Of a stretch of DNA of 64,000 bases, positions 25,266 through 38,994 are shown piece after piece (the stretch's first letter is position 1; each line of letters opens with the position of its first letter). The stretch spans positions 12,154,001 through 12,218,000 of the forward strand of contig CM052818.1 in NCBI GenBank assembly GCA_028534125.1. Reading direction: 5' to 3'. The notes below the pieces were generated by a model. It had not been told where the DNA came from and made no database searches. It worked only from the letters and a program-made list of their open reading frames with translations. Made by a program: the position numbers and the translations under genes. This DNA comes from Lama glama (Eukaryota).

Positions 25266-27871
25266 AACTGAAAGTTACTTAATAATTTATATGTAGGAAG
25301 AACAGCAAAATTGCTCTCAGTACTATTTGAGTGGCTCTATAACTTAGGAGATGAGTAATTAATAAATAAAAGCATTTTCCCCTTCCAGGGGTCTACAATG
25401 CGTTAAGCTGGGTAGTTGTAAAGATCAGGGTAGGACATCACTCATAAATTTGTGTAGCTGAGATGATTCCATGAGACATGTCCTAGGGTATCTATGTTAT
25501 TGATTATATGTAATCAATATTGTAATATAAAATTATTATTATACATATATATGTATAAAATTTTGGAAAATCTTTGGTGATCTCTGACAGCATATTACAT
25601 AACCATTAATGTATGTTGGGAGAGAATCATTCCATATAGTTCTATTTTTAAGATTTCTTGACCCACTTCTGTTTGATTCCTCAGAAAATCATGATATCTT
25701 TGATATGAGTGATACTTATTTACGTATTATCACCGTCTGTTCTTGTTCACCTAATAAATGCCAGTTTTCTGGCAGTGATGCAGTAACTAGTTTTAGAAAG
25801 ATATTGATACATGCTAAAATTTTAAAAAATTTACTTTAAAAGCCTGAAATTCTTTACTATGATAAATTTTCTTTTTAACATTTCTATGTTGGTGCTCATC
25901 AGTGAGGTGTGATTATTTAGGGCCAAGAAAAAATTGAGGAGGGCATATCCATTGCTGCTTCATGAAGAGGACTTCTATGTGAAGATTAGGCATTATTATT
26001 TTATTATTTACAAATTTCCTCCTACTCAAGATCAGAATAGCCTGGCTGTAGTAAATTAAGATGATTAAATCTCTCAGGCATCCTCAGCTCTAGTACACAC
26101 ATGTGAATCTTGCCACTGGAATTCTTACTGTAGCAATTTTACAGAAGTTTCTACAGAATCTAGGACTTTCATGAATTTGGTTGGACAGAATATTCATGTT
26201 AGACTTTGGAAGTCTTGGTTTAGAATTCTTTGGTTTTTAACAACTCTACCTTAGTTGTAACTATTTGATGTTTTCTTGAATATGAATTTTGATTCTCAAA
26301 ATTTGGCCCATGAATGACCAATTAACTGATAATCAAGTATCTCTTAATGGAGAAAAAAAAACCAAATCTATAAACACAATTATTTTCTCTGTTTCTTATG
26401 GGTCAATTACAATTCAAGCAATTCCAAAGGCTTTTTTAAAAACATACTAGCTCTTACCTATTATTTAGTAAACTACAAATTTACTAAAATTTCACATTAA
26501 TAGTACTTATTGAGGGTTTGATTCAGAATTATATGAAGACATCTTCTGGTGCATCATACATGCAATGCTGCAATTTTTTTTTTGTATGTGCACACATAAA
26601 AAGTTGGAGTTTCTGCAAATAGCAGAAAAGACAACTTCCTTGAGTTGTTCATGTCTCCTAATAGTTGTTTTTTTTCTTTTTTCAATTACTTAATTATAAA
26701 ATACAGCTTTATTATAATTACTGTATTTTGGTGGGAGTTATCTGGTTAACTCTGGAATGTATATTTTAATCAATATTTTGTATCAACATCTGGATTTTAA
26801 GATATGTATGAGTTTGAGTGCAGAGATGAATAAATAATATCCCAGTTGCTAAGACAGATGCATGCATAATCTTCTACCCTTCATACATGATTGTAGACTG
26901 GTAATTGTTAACACCAAACCCTAGTCACCTGGATATTGCAAACAGGTGAGTAGTGGGCTGTAGGGTCTTTTGCACCTCTTAAGTTGGTCTAAATATAATA
27001 AGAACTACTGATCCAAATAATTTATTATAATAACTTGTATTGTTATGTCAAATCATTATTACATGCTCGGTTTAAGATGCTTCTTTTCATTTTATACTAA
27101 CCTTTTTTCTCCATATCACAGATGAACAGTTAGAGCTATAGACACAACCAACATGGAATAATTTTGCTGTTATTAAGCTTACATATTGCTAGGTTTTCAT
27201 TTAACATCACATTAAAGCAAAATTTGCTATAATTGGTAGTCCAGGAGCATAATGTGTGCCTTGGCCACATTACTGCTATTTTCCATCTTACATTAAACAA
27301 TATTCCCTGTTTGACTGGGTATGGGACCATGCTAGCGTCTGGGTGTAGCTCAGATCAGACAATCTGGAGTAACATAACCTCCACATGGCTAAGATACTTG
27401 TAGGGCTAAACATTGCTTGCAAGTGGGCCATAATGTAAATTCCTTTGTTGTTTGGCTGAATTACCCTGAAATTATAGCCTGCCATTCCCTGCTCTGTGTT
27501 GTAAGTGAACCATATTGTGTTTGCATTTATCTTTTAATTTCTACATAATTTTAATATTAATAAATCATAAACCACAAATCATATTAAAATAATAGCACTG
27601 GGAATGACCTTGAGGACCATTTAATTGTTTATTTCTCAAACTAGGATTCATCATCTTGTCTGGTACATTGAGGAGGTTGGGTTACTCAAAGGCACAGTAT
27701 TTTTGAAATGTACTCTATGATATGATTCATAATAAATATTTTTTTTAATCAATGGGAATTTAAGACATTATTTTGGAGTTAAACACCACTTTTATATCCT
27801 GTTATATGGAAAATGTACATGATTTTTTGACTAGTATATGAGGTTTCAGAAACATAATTGTGTGCAGTGGA

Positions 27872-28474
27872 TTGTGTTAGTTTTCTATTGCTATCATAAC
27901 AAATTACCACAAATACGGTGACTTAAAATACCACTCATTTAGTATCTCAGAATTCTGTAGGTCAGAAGTCCAGAGTAGCTATACTTGTTTCTCTGCTCCG
28001 AGTTTCATAAAGTTAAAATCAAGGCGTTGGGTGGCCGAGCTCTTGTCAGGAGGCTCTGAAACAAATCTGGTCATGGGTGGAATTCCTTTATTTTTAATTG
28101 TAGAGCTGGGGTCTACAATTGCTGAATGTCAGCCAAGGGCTAGTCTTTGCTTCTACATGCTATCTGTATGCTGCATGTATCTGCATGCTTTTCCATGTGC
28201 TCCTGGCCCAGCCTCAAGCAAATCCCCCCCCCCACAGCTGGAATCTTCCTGACTTCCCTTCTGCAACGTCTCACTTGCTTCTTCCCGCTCTAGCTGCTGA
28301 AAGTTCCAAGAGCTTTTCAGGGCTCATGTGACTAATTTGGCCCATCTGGGTAATGCGGGCTATTCACCCTGTCTTAAGGTTCCTAACCTCAGTTACATAT
28401 GTAAAGTCCTTTGTCATGAAAAGTAACGTACTCATAGGTTCCATCTTTGGAAACTCATTATTTGGCTTACCAGA
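27872..28474 (-). mobile_element. MaLR LTR (MLT1D/E-like)
   Basis: tgtgttagttttctattgct...aacaaattaccacaaa...ttctgtaggtcagaagtcc...aaaatcaaggcgttg, antisense MLT1. Confidence 0.8.
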
Positions 28475-28494
28475 GATATACTCTTAGGCCCTTG

Positions 28495-28655
28495 GGAGAA
28501 AGCGTGAGAGGCACTAATATTTTAATATTCAGGATGAGGGAAGTCAGGACCAGAGAAAGTGAAGTGACATGCTAGAGTTTATACAACTAATTAATTATAG
28601 TTTTTCAGTTAGAATCTTATAATCCTGAATTCCAGTAAAATGATCTTTTCTACCA
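28495..28655 (-). mobile_element. MIR SINE
   Basis: gatgagggaagtcaggaccagagaaagtgaagtgac...cctgaattccag...tcttttctacc. Confidence 0.6.
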
Positions 28656-29514
28656 AAGCAAGCTATCATGCAACTTAATAAAACATTGTCTATGTAATAT
28701 CGTATTTAGACTTTGCGCCTATCATGAATGCCAAATGGAGAATCAAAAAAGTTAGTAAAATAGCTGCACTTTGCAAATATTCAAATACTTGTATTCAATT
28801 ATTTAAAGACAGCATTAGGATATTTAATTCCTTTTTCTCACTTATTCCTCCAGACTTTTGACACTGTTTTGATCCAATTTGAGCCTCGGAGTTTACTTAA
28901 GTGAGCCATAATCTCTAGAGAGGTTCAATTGGTATTATCTGAAGAGAAATGTCCAATGTAGAGCCTCTGTGATTCACTGAAAGTTCAATGTTGATACTTA
29001 TCAAACTATGCACACACAAAAAATCTCTGTAGCAGTTATTTATCTTATCTTATAAATGCTATTGTTCAGCTGTGGCATGCTATCTCATACTTCACATGTG
29101 TAGCAGTACACATAGGTGAATCTATAAAACTTTATACTGGTACATCAAATTAACCTGTACCACTGTGCTTAAGTGAAGCATGCTTTGAATTTTTCAATAA
29201 TTCTTTAGTGTATGGAATGAAATCAGGTCACTATAGGGACTCTTTGGGGAGACAAAGGAGATGTTCAATTCCTGAAGGAAACAAGTTTGCCTCAAAGGGC
29301 TTTAACAAAATAAAGGTAAACTGACTCTCTCCTTTTTCTTATTCATTTTCTCCCCTTAGGCTTTTCTCCTTTCTCCTGTTGGTACCTTGGTTCTGCTCTG
29401 CTTGCTTTGATTTTTTTTTTTTAAAGCCCCTGCTTTCTCTCCTAATTCTTACATGGAATCAACAATGAGACTGATTAATTAGAAATGTATATAGAGCATG
29501 GATGTTTAACCCCT

Positions 29515-29995
29515 CCTACGGCAGAGACTGTGATCACCAAGTATTCCAACTGCCCTCTTACCTCCCGGTTTTACTTTCTTTTAGATCAGGGCTGTATGAC
29601 TAGGTCTATTCAATAGACTGTGAGTAGAAGTGAAATTTGTTAACTTGTAGCACAGACTTTCTCTTGCTGGCTCTGAAGAAGGGTATTGCTCTGAATTCTA
29701 CAGATGCAAGGAGACTAATTCTACCAATGCCATGTGAGCTTGTAAGAGTCCCCCAACATCAGATGAGACCACGTGCCCAGATGATACCTTGACTGCAGCT
29801 TTGTGAGACACTGAACAAACAATCCAGCTAAACCATGTCCAGGCTCCTGACCCATGGAAAATATGAGACAAATAGCTATTTGGAGATTTTTAACAGCTTT
29901 ACTGAGATACAATTTACATACTATAAAGTTATGGGAGTACTTTTAAGCTTTTAAGAGTGTGGTAATTTGTTGCAGAGCAGTAGAAAACTAATACA
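29515..29995 (+). mobile_element. MaLR LTR (MLT1E/F-like) containing a short antisense L1 3'-tip (~29888-29930)
   Basis: gaattctacagatgcaagg...cagatgagacc...ccttgactgcagctttgtgagac...ggtaatttgttgcagagcagtagaaaactaataca. Insert: tttttaacagctttactgagatacaatttacatac. Confidence 0.8.
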
Positions 29996-30059
29996 TTATC
30001 TTTCCAAAAAATGGCTGCTTCAAGTGTCCGACATGTAGACTTCTTTATTCAAGCTATAC

Positions 30060-33000
30060 ATTTTCTATTGACATGTAATTGACATGTAATCTATTAGTTT
30101 CAGGTGTACATCACAGTAATTCAATTTTATATACATTTTGAATTGGTCACCATAATAAATCTAGTTACCATCTGTCTCCATGCAAATTCATTATAATATT
30201 ATTAACTGTATTCTCTGTGCTGTTTTATACATTCCTGTGACATTTTGTAATTGGGGGTTTGTACCTCTTCATCCACTCTACCTCTTTTGCCTGTCCCCTG
30301 ACCCCCTTCCCCTCTGGCAATTACCAGTTTGTATCTATTAGTCTGTTTCAATTTCAATCTGTTTTTTTGTTTGTTTTTAGGTTTCACATACAAATGAAAG
30401 CATATGTAAAATTTTTTTCTCTGTCTGACTTATTTCTCTTAGCATAATACCTTCTAGATTCATCCATGTTGTCACAAAATGGTAAGATTTTATTCTTTAT
30501 TATGGCTGAGTAATATCCCCTTGTGTATATATATACCAATCATCTTTATCCATTCATCTGTTGATGGATACTTAGGTTGCTTCTATATCTTGGCTATTGT
30601 AAATAGTACTACTATGAACATTGTGGTGCAGGTATCTTTTCAAATTAATGGGTTTGGGGGGAAGCTAAATACTCAGAAGTGGAATTGGTAGATCATATGG
30701 AGGTTCTATTTTTAATTTTTTGAGGAACCTCCATAGTGTTTTCCGTAGTAATTGCACAAGTTTATATTTCCACCAACAGGGCACACAGGTTCCCCCTTTG
30801 CCACATCCTCACTAACATTTGTTATTTTTTGTCTTTTGGTAATTGCCATTCTGACAGGTGTGAGATGATACCTCTCTGTGATTCTGATATGCATTTCTTT
30901 GATGATTAGTAATATTGAATACCATTTCCTGTGCCTTCTTTGAAAAAATGTCTGTTCAGGTCCTCTGCCTGTTTTTTAATCAGGTTGTTTTTCTTTTTGA
31001 TATTAAGTAGTATAAGCTCTTTATATATTTTGGCTATTAACCCTTTATTAGCTTAAATTTATCAAGACTTGTTTTGTGGCCTATTATGTAATCTATCCTG
31101 GAGAATATTCCATTTGCGCTTGAAAAGAATATGTATTCTGCAGTTATGGATGGAATGTGTTTTTTATATATATATGTATATGTATATATGTATATGTATA
31201 TTTATATACACACACACATACATATGCCATTTAAAATCTCCTTAATTTTTGTATTACTGTCAAATTCTACCTTTATGTCTGTTAATATTTGCTTTGTACA
31301 TTTAGATGATCCTATGTTGGGTGCATAAAAATTTACAAATGGTTTGTCTTCATGTTGGACTGATCCTTTCATCATTATATAATGCCTTTCTTTGGCTTTT
31401 GTTACACTCTTTGTTGTAAAGTTTACTTTATCTGATATAAGTATTGGTATCTCAACTTTTTTTTTTTCATTTCTATTTGCATGGAATATCTTTTTCCATC
31501 TCTTGACTTTCAGTCTGTGTGTATCTATAAATCTGAAATGAGTCTCTTATAAGCACATATACATGGGTCTTGTTTTTTTACCCATTCAGCCACCCTATGT
31601 CTTTTGATTGGGGAATTTAGTCCACTTACATTTAAATTAATTATTGAAGGTCCATACTTACGGCCATTTTGGAAATGTTTGCTGGTTTTGGTTTTTTGGG
31701 TTTTTTTTTGTAGGTCCTCTCTATTCCTTTATTCTTTTGTTCTCTTCCCTTGTGGTCTGATGATTTTTCTCAGTGTTATGTTTGGATTTTTTTGGGGTGT
31801 CTATTCAGGTTTTTGGTTTGTGATACCACGGGGTTCATTTATAAGGATCTAAATATAGTCCATTTTAAGTTGATAGTTGCTCAAGTGCAAAAGCATTCTA
31901 AAAGCACTCATTTTATCCCCCCAGCACACAAGTTTTATGTTTTTTACATCATATTTTACATCTTTTTACTTTATGTATCCTTTAACTACTCATTATAGTT
32001 ATAGTTGATTTTACTACTTTTTTCTTCTAACCTCCACATTAGCTTTATAAGTGGTTGATCCACTACCTTTACTATATATTTTCATTTTCCAGTGAGATTT
32101 TTTCTTTCATATGTGTACTTATTTCTAGTTATGACCTTTTCTTTTTCACTTTAAAGAAGTACATTTAACATTTTTTGTAAGGTCAGTTTAGAGGTGAAGG
32201 ATTCCTTCAGCTTTTGCTCACCAGGGAAAATCTACCTCTCCTTCAATTCTGATGATAATCTTGCTAGGTAGAGTATTTTTGGTTGCTAATTTTTTTCCTT
32301 TCAAAACTTTGAATATATTATGCCACTCACTTCTGGCCTACAAAGTTTCTGCTGAAATATCCACTGATAGTCTTATGGGGGTTGTCTTATATGTAACTTA
32401 TTATTTTCCTCTTGCTGTTTTTAGAATTCCCTCTTTAACCCTTGATTTTAATTATAATGTGTCTTGGTGTGCATCTCTTTGGGTTCATCCTGTTTGGGAC
32501 TCTAATTCCTGGAACTGAATGTATTTCTTTTTCCATGTTAAGGAAGTTTTGAGCCATTATTTCTTCAAATAAGTTTTCTGTCTCTCTCCCTCTCTTCTCT
32601 TTCTGGGACCCTTGCAATATGAATTAAGATTCTTGATGTGGTCGCAGGAACCCCTTGAATTATCCTCATTAAAAAAAATTTTTTTTTCTTTTTGCTGCTC
32701 TGAATTGGTGATGTCCACTATCCTCTCTTCCAGGTTGCTGATTTGTTCTTCTGTATCATTTAATCTATCGTTGATTCCATATAGTGTATTTTTTTTCAGT
32801 TATTGTATTCTTCAGCTCTGATTGGTTCTTTCTTATATCTTCTATCTCTTTGTTGATGTTCTCACTGTATTTATTTATTTTTCCAAGTTCAGTGAGCATC
32901 AAAGTTTTTTCCTAAGGTTTTGTCATATTCTTTTATTTGGAAAATATTTCTCTGTTTCCTCATTTTGCTTAGCTTTCTGTGTTTGTTTCCACACATTAGG

Positions 33001-33440
33001 CAAAACTGCTACCTCTCTCAGTTTTGAAGGAGTGGCCTCATTTAGGTGATAATCCTTCTTTTTCATCCCTACCCTAGCTCTATGTTGTCTCTTGAATCTT
33101 TGTAGTGGTCTATATTGCCTGATTTATTCTTGATATGCCCCTGATGTTGAGGGTGTACTGAGATCTGTCAGAAATGCCAGCCCCCATCACAACCAGGGCT
33201 GGGGGATCAAGGGGTATACCCTCTGTGGATTGTGTGCCTTACTGACTTTTGCTAGGCATCTAGTGAGTGTAGGGTGTGGGGCTTGCTGTCTTGCTTCACA
33301 AAGGTAATAGAAAAATGACTGTGTGCACCCATGGGCTTTGTCAATGCAGCAGTAGAGTGCCTTGTTTGTGCATGTGTGTTGGCATAGGCCTGGAGCTGGA
33401 GAATGGCCATGACTTTTCTTATGCACCAGCTGCAGCCAGA
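30060..33440 (-). mobile_element. LINE-1 (L1MA9-like 3' end) retaining 5' region, ORF1 and endonuclease parts but lacking the RT domain
   Basis: 3' UTR and ORF2 C-terminus at 30060-31050 ([16 protein letters not shown]). Abrupt junction at ~31051 to endonuclease-domain sequence. ORF1 at ~32100-32900 (ENLFEEIMAQNF..PNRMNPKRCTPRHIIIK). GC-richer 5' part extends to ~33440. Confidence 0.9.
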
Positions 33441-33449
33441 GGGTGAGAG

Positions 33450-33718
33450 AGTTAAACTCCTTCTAAAGGCTCAACTGATTAGGTCAGACTCACCCAGGTT
33501 AATCTTCTATTTGATTAACACAAAGTCAATTTATTAGGGACTATAATCATAACTATAAAAATTCCTTGACCTTTACCATGCAACATAACTTAATCTCAGA
33601 AGTGACGTCCATGATAGTCATATTTAGACATCTCATTCACACTCAAGGGGAGGATATTATCGAGGACCTATACACAGGGTAGTATCTTGGAGGCCATATT
33701 GGAATTCTGCTTACCACA
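33450..33718 (-). mobile_element. MaLR LTR fragment (MLT1E-like 5' part)
   Basis: ggctcaactgattaggtcagactcacccagg...cacactcaaggggagga...ggccatattggaattctgcttaccaca. Confidence 0.7.
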
Positions 33719-33789
33719 GGGAGAGACAGAGAGAGAGAGAGATGAGACAAAGAGAGAAAGAGGAAGCTATAGAGATTACAAAGTTAGGA

Positions 33790-35230
33790 AATAAAGTAAA
33801 TCTGAGAACAATATCTTAAAAATAGATTTGAGTATTAAACTGGCAGTCATCTAATACTGGAACAGAAAGATTACAAGCCTGGTAAATTTTTAAGAGAAAT
33901 GTATTGCCAATAAAATCTTGACCTCAGATTTTAAAAGCCTTTGACTATTTGAAATTTAAAACAACCTCTGGGCCCATATCTTATAGAAGCAAGAGGTGGG
34001 ATGGAAATCAGCATGGCTACCAAGGAGGCCCCCTTCCTGTATGATTATTAAAGAGGCAGTCAAGGAAAATGATGGGGAGAACCTTATGCAGGCAGCCTGA
34101 GGGGCCACAGAGAACAACAGGCAAAGAATTTCCTTTCAGAGTAGAATCAGGGTCTAGTCAAATAACCTTCCTACTGCCAGGACAGGAGGCCTCTAGATTA
34201 GTGACTGCTGTGTGTTTCCCATTTAATATGGGCTGAATTGTGTAGGCCACCAAATTCATATGTTGAAGCACTAAGCCCCAGTACTTTAGAATGCGACTAT
34301 GTTTGGAGACAGGGCCTTTAAAGAAGTAACTAATTTAGACTGAAGCCATTAGAGTGGGCCCTCATCCAATTTGACTAGTGTCCTTATAAGAAGAGGTTTG
34401 AACACAGAGACACCAAGGATGTTTACACACAGACATAGTATAAAGGCCAGGTGAGGACATAATAAAAAGGTGGCTGAATGTAAGCCAAGGAGAGGGGTCT
34501 CAGGGGAACCAAACTGCTGACACCTTGGTCTTAGGTTTGTAGCCTCCAGTACTGTGAGAAAATTACTTTCCATTGTTTAAACCAGCCAGTTAGTAGTATT
34601 TTATTGTGGCAGCCCTAACAAAATAGCACACCATTCTTCTACTTTGAATTGTTTATCTTGTTACTGTTCCTACTTTCCTGTGTTGGTGGTGGGGTGGTGC
34701 AGTGAGGGCTTGGATAATAACGGGTTTTAAAATTTATTTTTTTCCTTTTAGTACATATGTCTCTAGACAAATGAAAACCAAGTCTGGACCAGATGGAGAA
34801 TCCTGGTTCTCCTGAACTTTGAACTGGATGCAGTGACTTCATGGGACTTTGGAATGTCTTCCTTGGAGAGGCATTGAATGTATTTTTTATTTAGGAAGAA
34901 GGAAGAAAATGACTATTGGGTGACAGGAAGTGTGGATTGTAGCAGTGACAATTAAACTTAAATTTCCCATGTGCTTCTACATTTCTTAGCCAAAATTTCT
35001 TTGCTCTGAGAGGTCTTTATACTCTTCTCAAACACTCGTTCTCCCTTTTCAGATGAGAGAATTAGATATTCCTGCCCAGTGCCATGGGGCATGCAGTGAT
35101 TTTTTTCCAGAGGAGTCTGCATCTCTGTCCCTGCCTCTAGCTTTGAACAATGAAATATGAGTAGAAATCATAATATAAATTTTGAGCAGAAGCTTAGGAG
35201 TCATGTATTGTTTCCATTCATTGATCAGAA
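33790..35230 (+). mobile_element. MaLR internal region followed by its 3' LTR (starting ~34938), interrupted by a younger MLT1B LTR
   Basis: MLT-int-like sequence (agagtagaatcagggtctagtcaa..., gactggatgcagtgac...atgggactttgg...tgaatgtatttt). A purine-rich tract precedes tgtagcag at ~34938, followed by MLT-like motifs (gaacaatgaaatatgagtagaa). Confidence 0.55.
34224..34630 (+). mobile_element. Solo MLT1B-like LTR with perfect 5-bp target-site duplication
   Basis: tatgggctgaattgtgt...aaattcatatgttgaagc...gccaaggagaggggtctcagg...agcctccagtactgtgag...gcagccctaacaaaatagcaca. CCATT at 34219-34223 and 34631-34635. Confidence 0.9.
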
Positions 35231-35366
35231 TCTATGAAGAGAACTAGGATGAAGGAAAGATAATTCCAGGAAGGTGAATGACACGAGCAGGATTTGGCAT
35301 CTAGAACTCAGCATACTTTACAAAACTGATTGGCAGGATATAGTAATTATGTTGGGTTAGGGGAGT

Positions 35367-35465
35367 TTATACACACACACGCTATATATACATATATACA
35401 CACAATGTATATATTATGCATATATATATAAGTACATATACATGCACACACATATACAAACATAC
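35367..35465. repeat. (TA)/(CA)-rich low-complexity tract next to a gap
   Basis: tatacacacacacgctatatatacatatatacacac... Confidence 0.85.
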
Positions 35466-35494
35466 TATTTTCCAGAAGAGTGGCTATTATGTAC

Positions 35495-35994
35495 NNNNNN
35501 NNNNNNNNNNNNNNNNNNNNNNNNNNNNNNNNNNNNNNNNNNNNNNNNNNNNNNNNNNNNNNNNNNNNNNNNNNNNNNNNNNNNNNNNNNNNNNNNNNNN
35601 NNNNNNNNNNNNNNNNNNNNNNNNNNNNNNNNNNNNNNNNNNNNNNNNNNNNNNNNNNNNNNNNNNNNNNNNNNNNNNNNNNNNNNNNNNNNNNNNNNNN
35701 NNNNNNNNNNNNNNNNNNNNNNNNNNNNNNNNNNNNNNNNNNNNNNNNNNNNNNNNNNNNNNNNNNNNNNNNNNNNNNNNNNNNNNNNNNNNNNNNNNNN
35801 NNNNNNNNNNNNNNNNNNNNNNNNNNNNNNNNNNNNNNNNNNNNNNNNNNNNNNNNNNNNNNNNNNNNNNNNNNNNNNNNNNNNNNNNNNNNNNNNNNNN
35901 NNNNNNNNNNNNNNNNNNNNNNNNNNNNNNNNNNNNNNNNNNNNNNNNNNNNNNNNNNNNNNNNNNNNNNNNNNNNNNNNNNNNNNNNNNNNNN
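35495..35994. other. Assembly gap (500 N)
   Basis: Exactly 500 N. Confidence 1.
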
Positions 35995-38994
35995 GTGTGT
36001 ACATTCTAACTGTTGCTAATGAAATGTTTATCATCTATGGCAGCCTAAGCAGAAGAGTGTAATCTATGGCCAGTTAAAGGGCACCATTAACAACAGTAAT
36101 AATGCAAATTTAATACGCACATAATTATTGATCTCTTTAGTAAAAAGGCTTATGAATAATATTCATATTTAGGCTAGGTGCTAAAATATCCTGGGAATCA
36201 GGCATCAACAGCTTAGAATTGATAGATTTAGACAGGTCAGGCAATGTCAGTCTAACAGCATCTGATCGATACAGACAAATGTGTCAGAAAGGTGGTTTGA
36301 GAAATACCTTTATAATGTGTAAAAAAGACCAGCTTCAGTATTCCCTTCCCTTTCTTAATATGATACACATAGGTTTCTAAAGCAAGAGTGTTTTTTATTA
36401 TTTCTATGCAGCACTCATGGTAGGTCAAATTAAAACACAGTGTATGTCCAGTTCAGCCATCCTGCTTCTAATATTGGATGATCTATAAAAAAAAAACATA
36501 GTATCAAAATTGGTGCAAAACCTTTATGTCACCCTTAATTTGTTTCTCAACATTAAAATTTGGAAACTGGCTATTTGAGGCCACTGACAGTTTCATTTAA
36601 TATAATTACCTGATTTCTTAGTTTAGAGGACAAATTTCTTGTGATCCACAGGGTTATCCATACTTTTTGTGACATTTTAGTAACCAGATTTCTTACAGTG
36701 GAGTGAGTCTGAAGTTTCTCTAGTTAACTAGAGAGGGAGAAGTTTTGTATTAAACCTGAATTTTGACTTTGAAGAGTCATTATTGTAGGGAATCAGAATC
36801 AGTATTTGGCCTCAAGTGGCATTTAGATCAGATGGCCTGGTTGTGTTTCCTTCTAAGATCTGTATAAAAAATTGTATAAAATGTTATCAATACCTTTCTT
36901 GCTGGTAATTTTTATTAAGGATTTTTTTTTATAAGAGCAGGCTACAGGTAAGGTCTAGGACACAAATTTAATTTCTATGTGAAATAGTGTAATTAGCTTC
37001 ATTCTGTTTCATTGTGCCCTCTGAAACCTCTTGATGGCAGAAATTTTGTCTTGTTTCTTTAATCCCAGTAACTAGTAGAGATACTTAATAATGTTCTTTC
37101 AAAGGAACTAACCATGAATGAATGTATGGAAAATGATATAAGAAGGAAGGGAAGAAAGAAGAAGGACTTTGTGGAAAGTTTTGGACGATATTTTTTTTCC
37201 CATTTTGTACAAGAGTATTTTTCAGTGTGAACAATGATCCAAGTGGAGTATGTTTCTGAAAGTATAAGATATCCAAATGTACTGTAAGATTTCTATTTTG
37301 AGAATAATTAGTATTTCAAATATGAAGAAAAGGTACAATCTCAGCATCTCACTGTCAACTATAAAAGATGCAGTGAACATTTTTACTGATTAACCAGTGT
37401 GCACGTCAAAAAAGTTATCAATGGTCCATGGCCAATAAAAGAGTAAGCTATTTCTTGATAATCCAAATTAATTATTCTGACCATTTCCAAGAGATATTCA
37501 CAGACCTTTAAGAAGAATTAAATATTATTGAGTTACCCAATTTCAAGCATGTGTGAACAGAAAATATGCCATCAACTTCAATAGTTGATGAAAGATAAAA
37601 TAAAATGCAACATTATTGGAACTGATATATTTATAGTTTTGCCGAAATATGTATTTACTTTCACATAATTTTATTCTTTTTCAATAAAGGCAACTCTTTG
37701 TATGCACAAATAATTATTATTTTTATGGCACTATATGACACTTTATAAAAAAAATTTGCAAACCAAATAAAATGTTATTTGTGGAGCCATGTGTCTTAAT
37801 TTATCTGGAACATGTGAATATACTATATATACTTTTTATATAAAATATATATTCGGTATGGAAAATAATAAATCTGTTTCATTATACAAAGAGGCAACTG
37901 GAGATGACAGAGGAATAATAATAGCACAGAAAGAAAATGGAAGGGAAGCCCTTTACAAAACAAGAATTGATTCTGAGGGGGATCAATACATGTTTACATA
38001 TAAAAATTATACCTTACTTCGGAGAATATAATGGAAGTACTGAAATCTGGAAATCATTCATGGGAAATGAACCTTCAAGAATAAAAGGCACAAAATAGAG
38101 ATTTAGGTAAAGTGGTGCAAAGCTGTTTTTGAAAATATTGATCATGAGCCAATAAAACTAAGAGAATTGGGTCCAAACATCCACACTCTCTGTTAGGACA
38201 CAAGTTGCTTTCTCCTCTGCTCTTCCCTCCTCTCCTCGACTTATCTTCCAGACCCCACTGCCAGTGCAGTTTCAGGCCTCTCTCTTGCCTGTTCTCGGCT
38301 TGCTCTGCCTGCATTGCTCGTGCCCTGAAGGTTCTAAAATATCATGTCCCACTTATGGTATCTTTGAATAAGGAATTGTTATTAGCAAGGAAAGTTAGCC
38401 TAACCAGGGAGCAGTCTCTGAAAGGAGAGAAAGCTGGTTCTTTTTGCAGAGTCATAAGGAAATTCGAAAGGAGAAAAGAAAGAGCAGTCCAAAAAAAAAG
38501 AAAAGAAAAGAAAAAAGAGCTCAGAGACCCATGATCTTCAGGTTTATATACAGGCATCTCTCTTCTTGCCTCCATTGATTGGATATATTCTCCTGGGCAT
38601 GTGATAATTGCTTTTTATCAGAGCTAAAGACTATCATAGAGGTTCTTTTCCAGCTATTAGATGGAGGTAATCTAAAGGAAGTGAAATCCACAAAAGTCTA
38701 AATAAATGTTAATATTCAGAGAAAGTAAGAATGAGCTGTTACTATAATAAGCATCAACTTGATGATGCATTACGTGGTATCTTGTTGTCTAGAAAGGGCA
38801 GTTTCGACCACAAAAAATACCCTGGATTCCTTCCTTCTAAGTCTCCTATCACCTTGTACAAATTACGCCTATGTACTTAATTTTTTTAACTGAGTTAATG
38901 TTCTTTGAAGACTTTAAAAACTCTGCCTTGATTAGGCTTCTCCTCAAAGTATGCAGTTCAGCATCTCAGTAAATATTTGTTGAAATGAAATAAA

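Noticed and set aside
37200..37790. Possible decayed DNA-transposon (hAT-like) sequence
   Set aside because: No terminal inverted repeats or convincing transposase motifs could be read.
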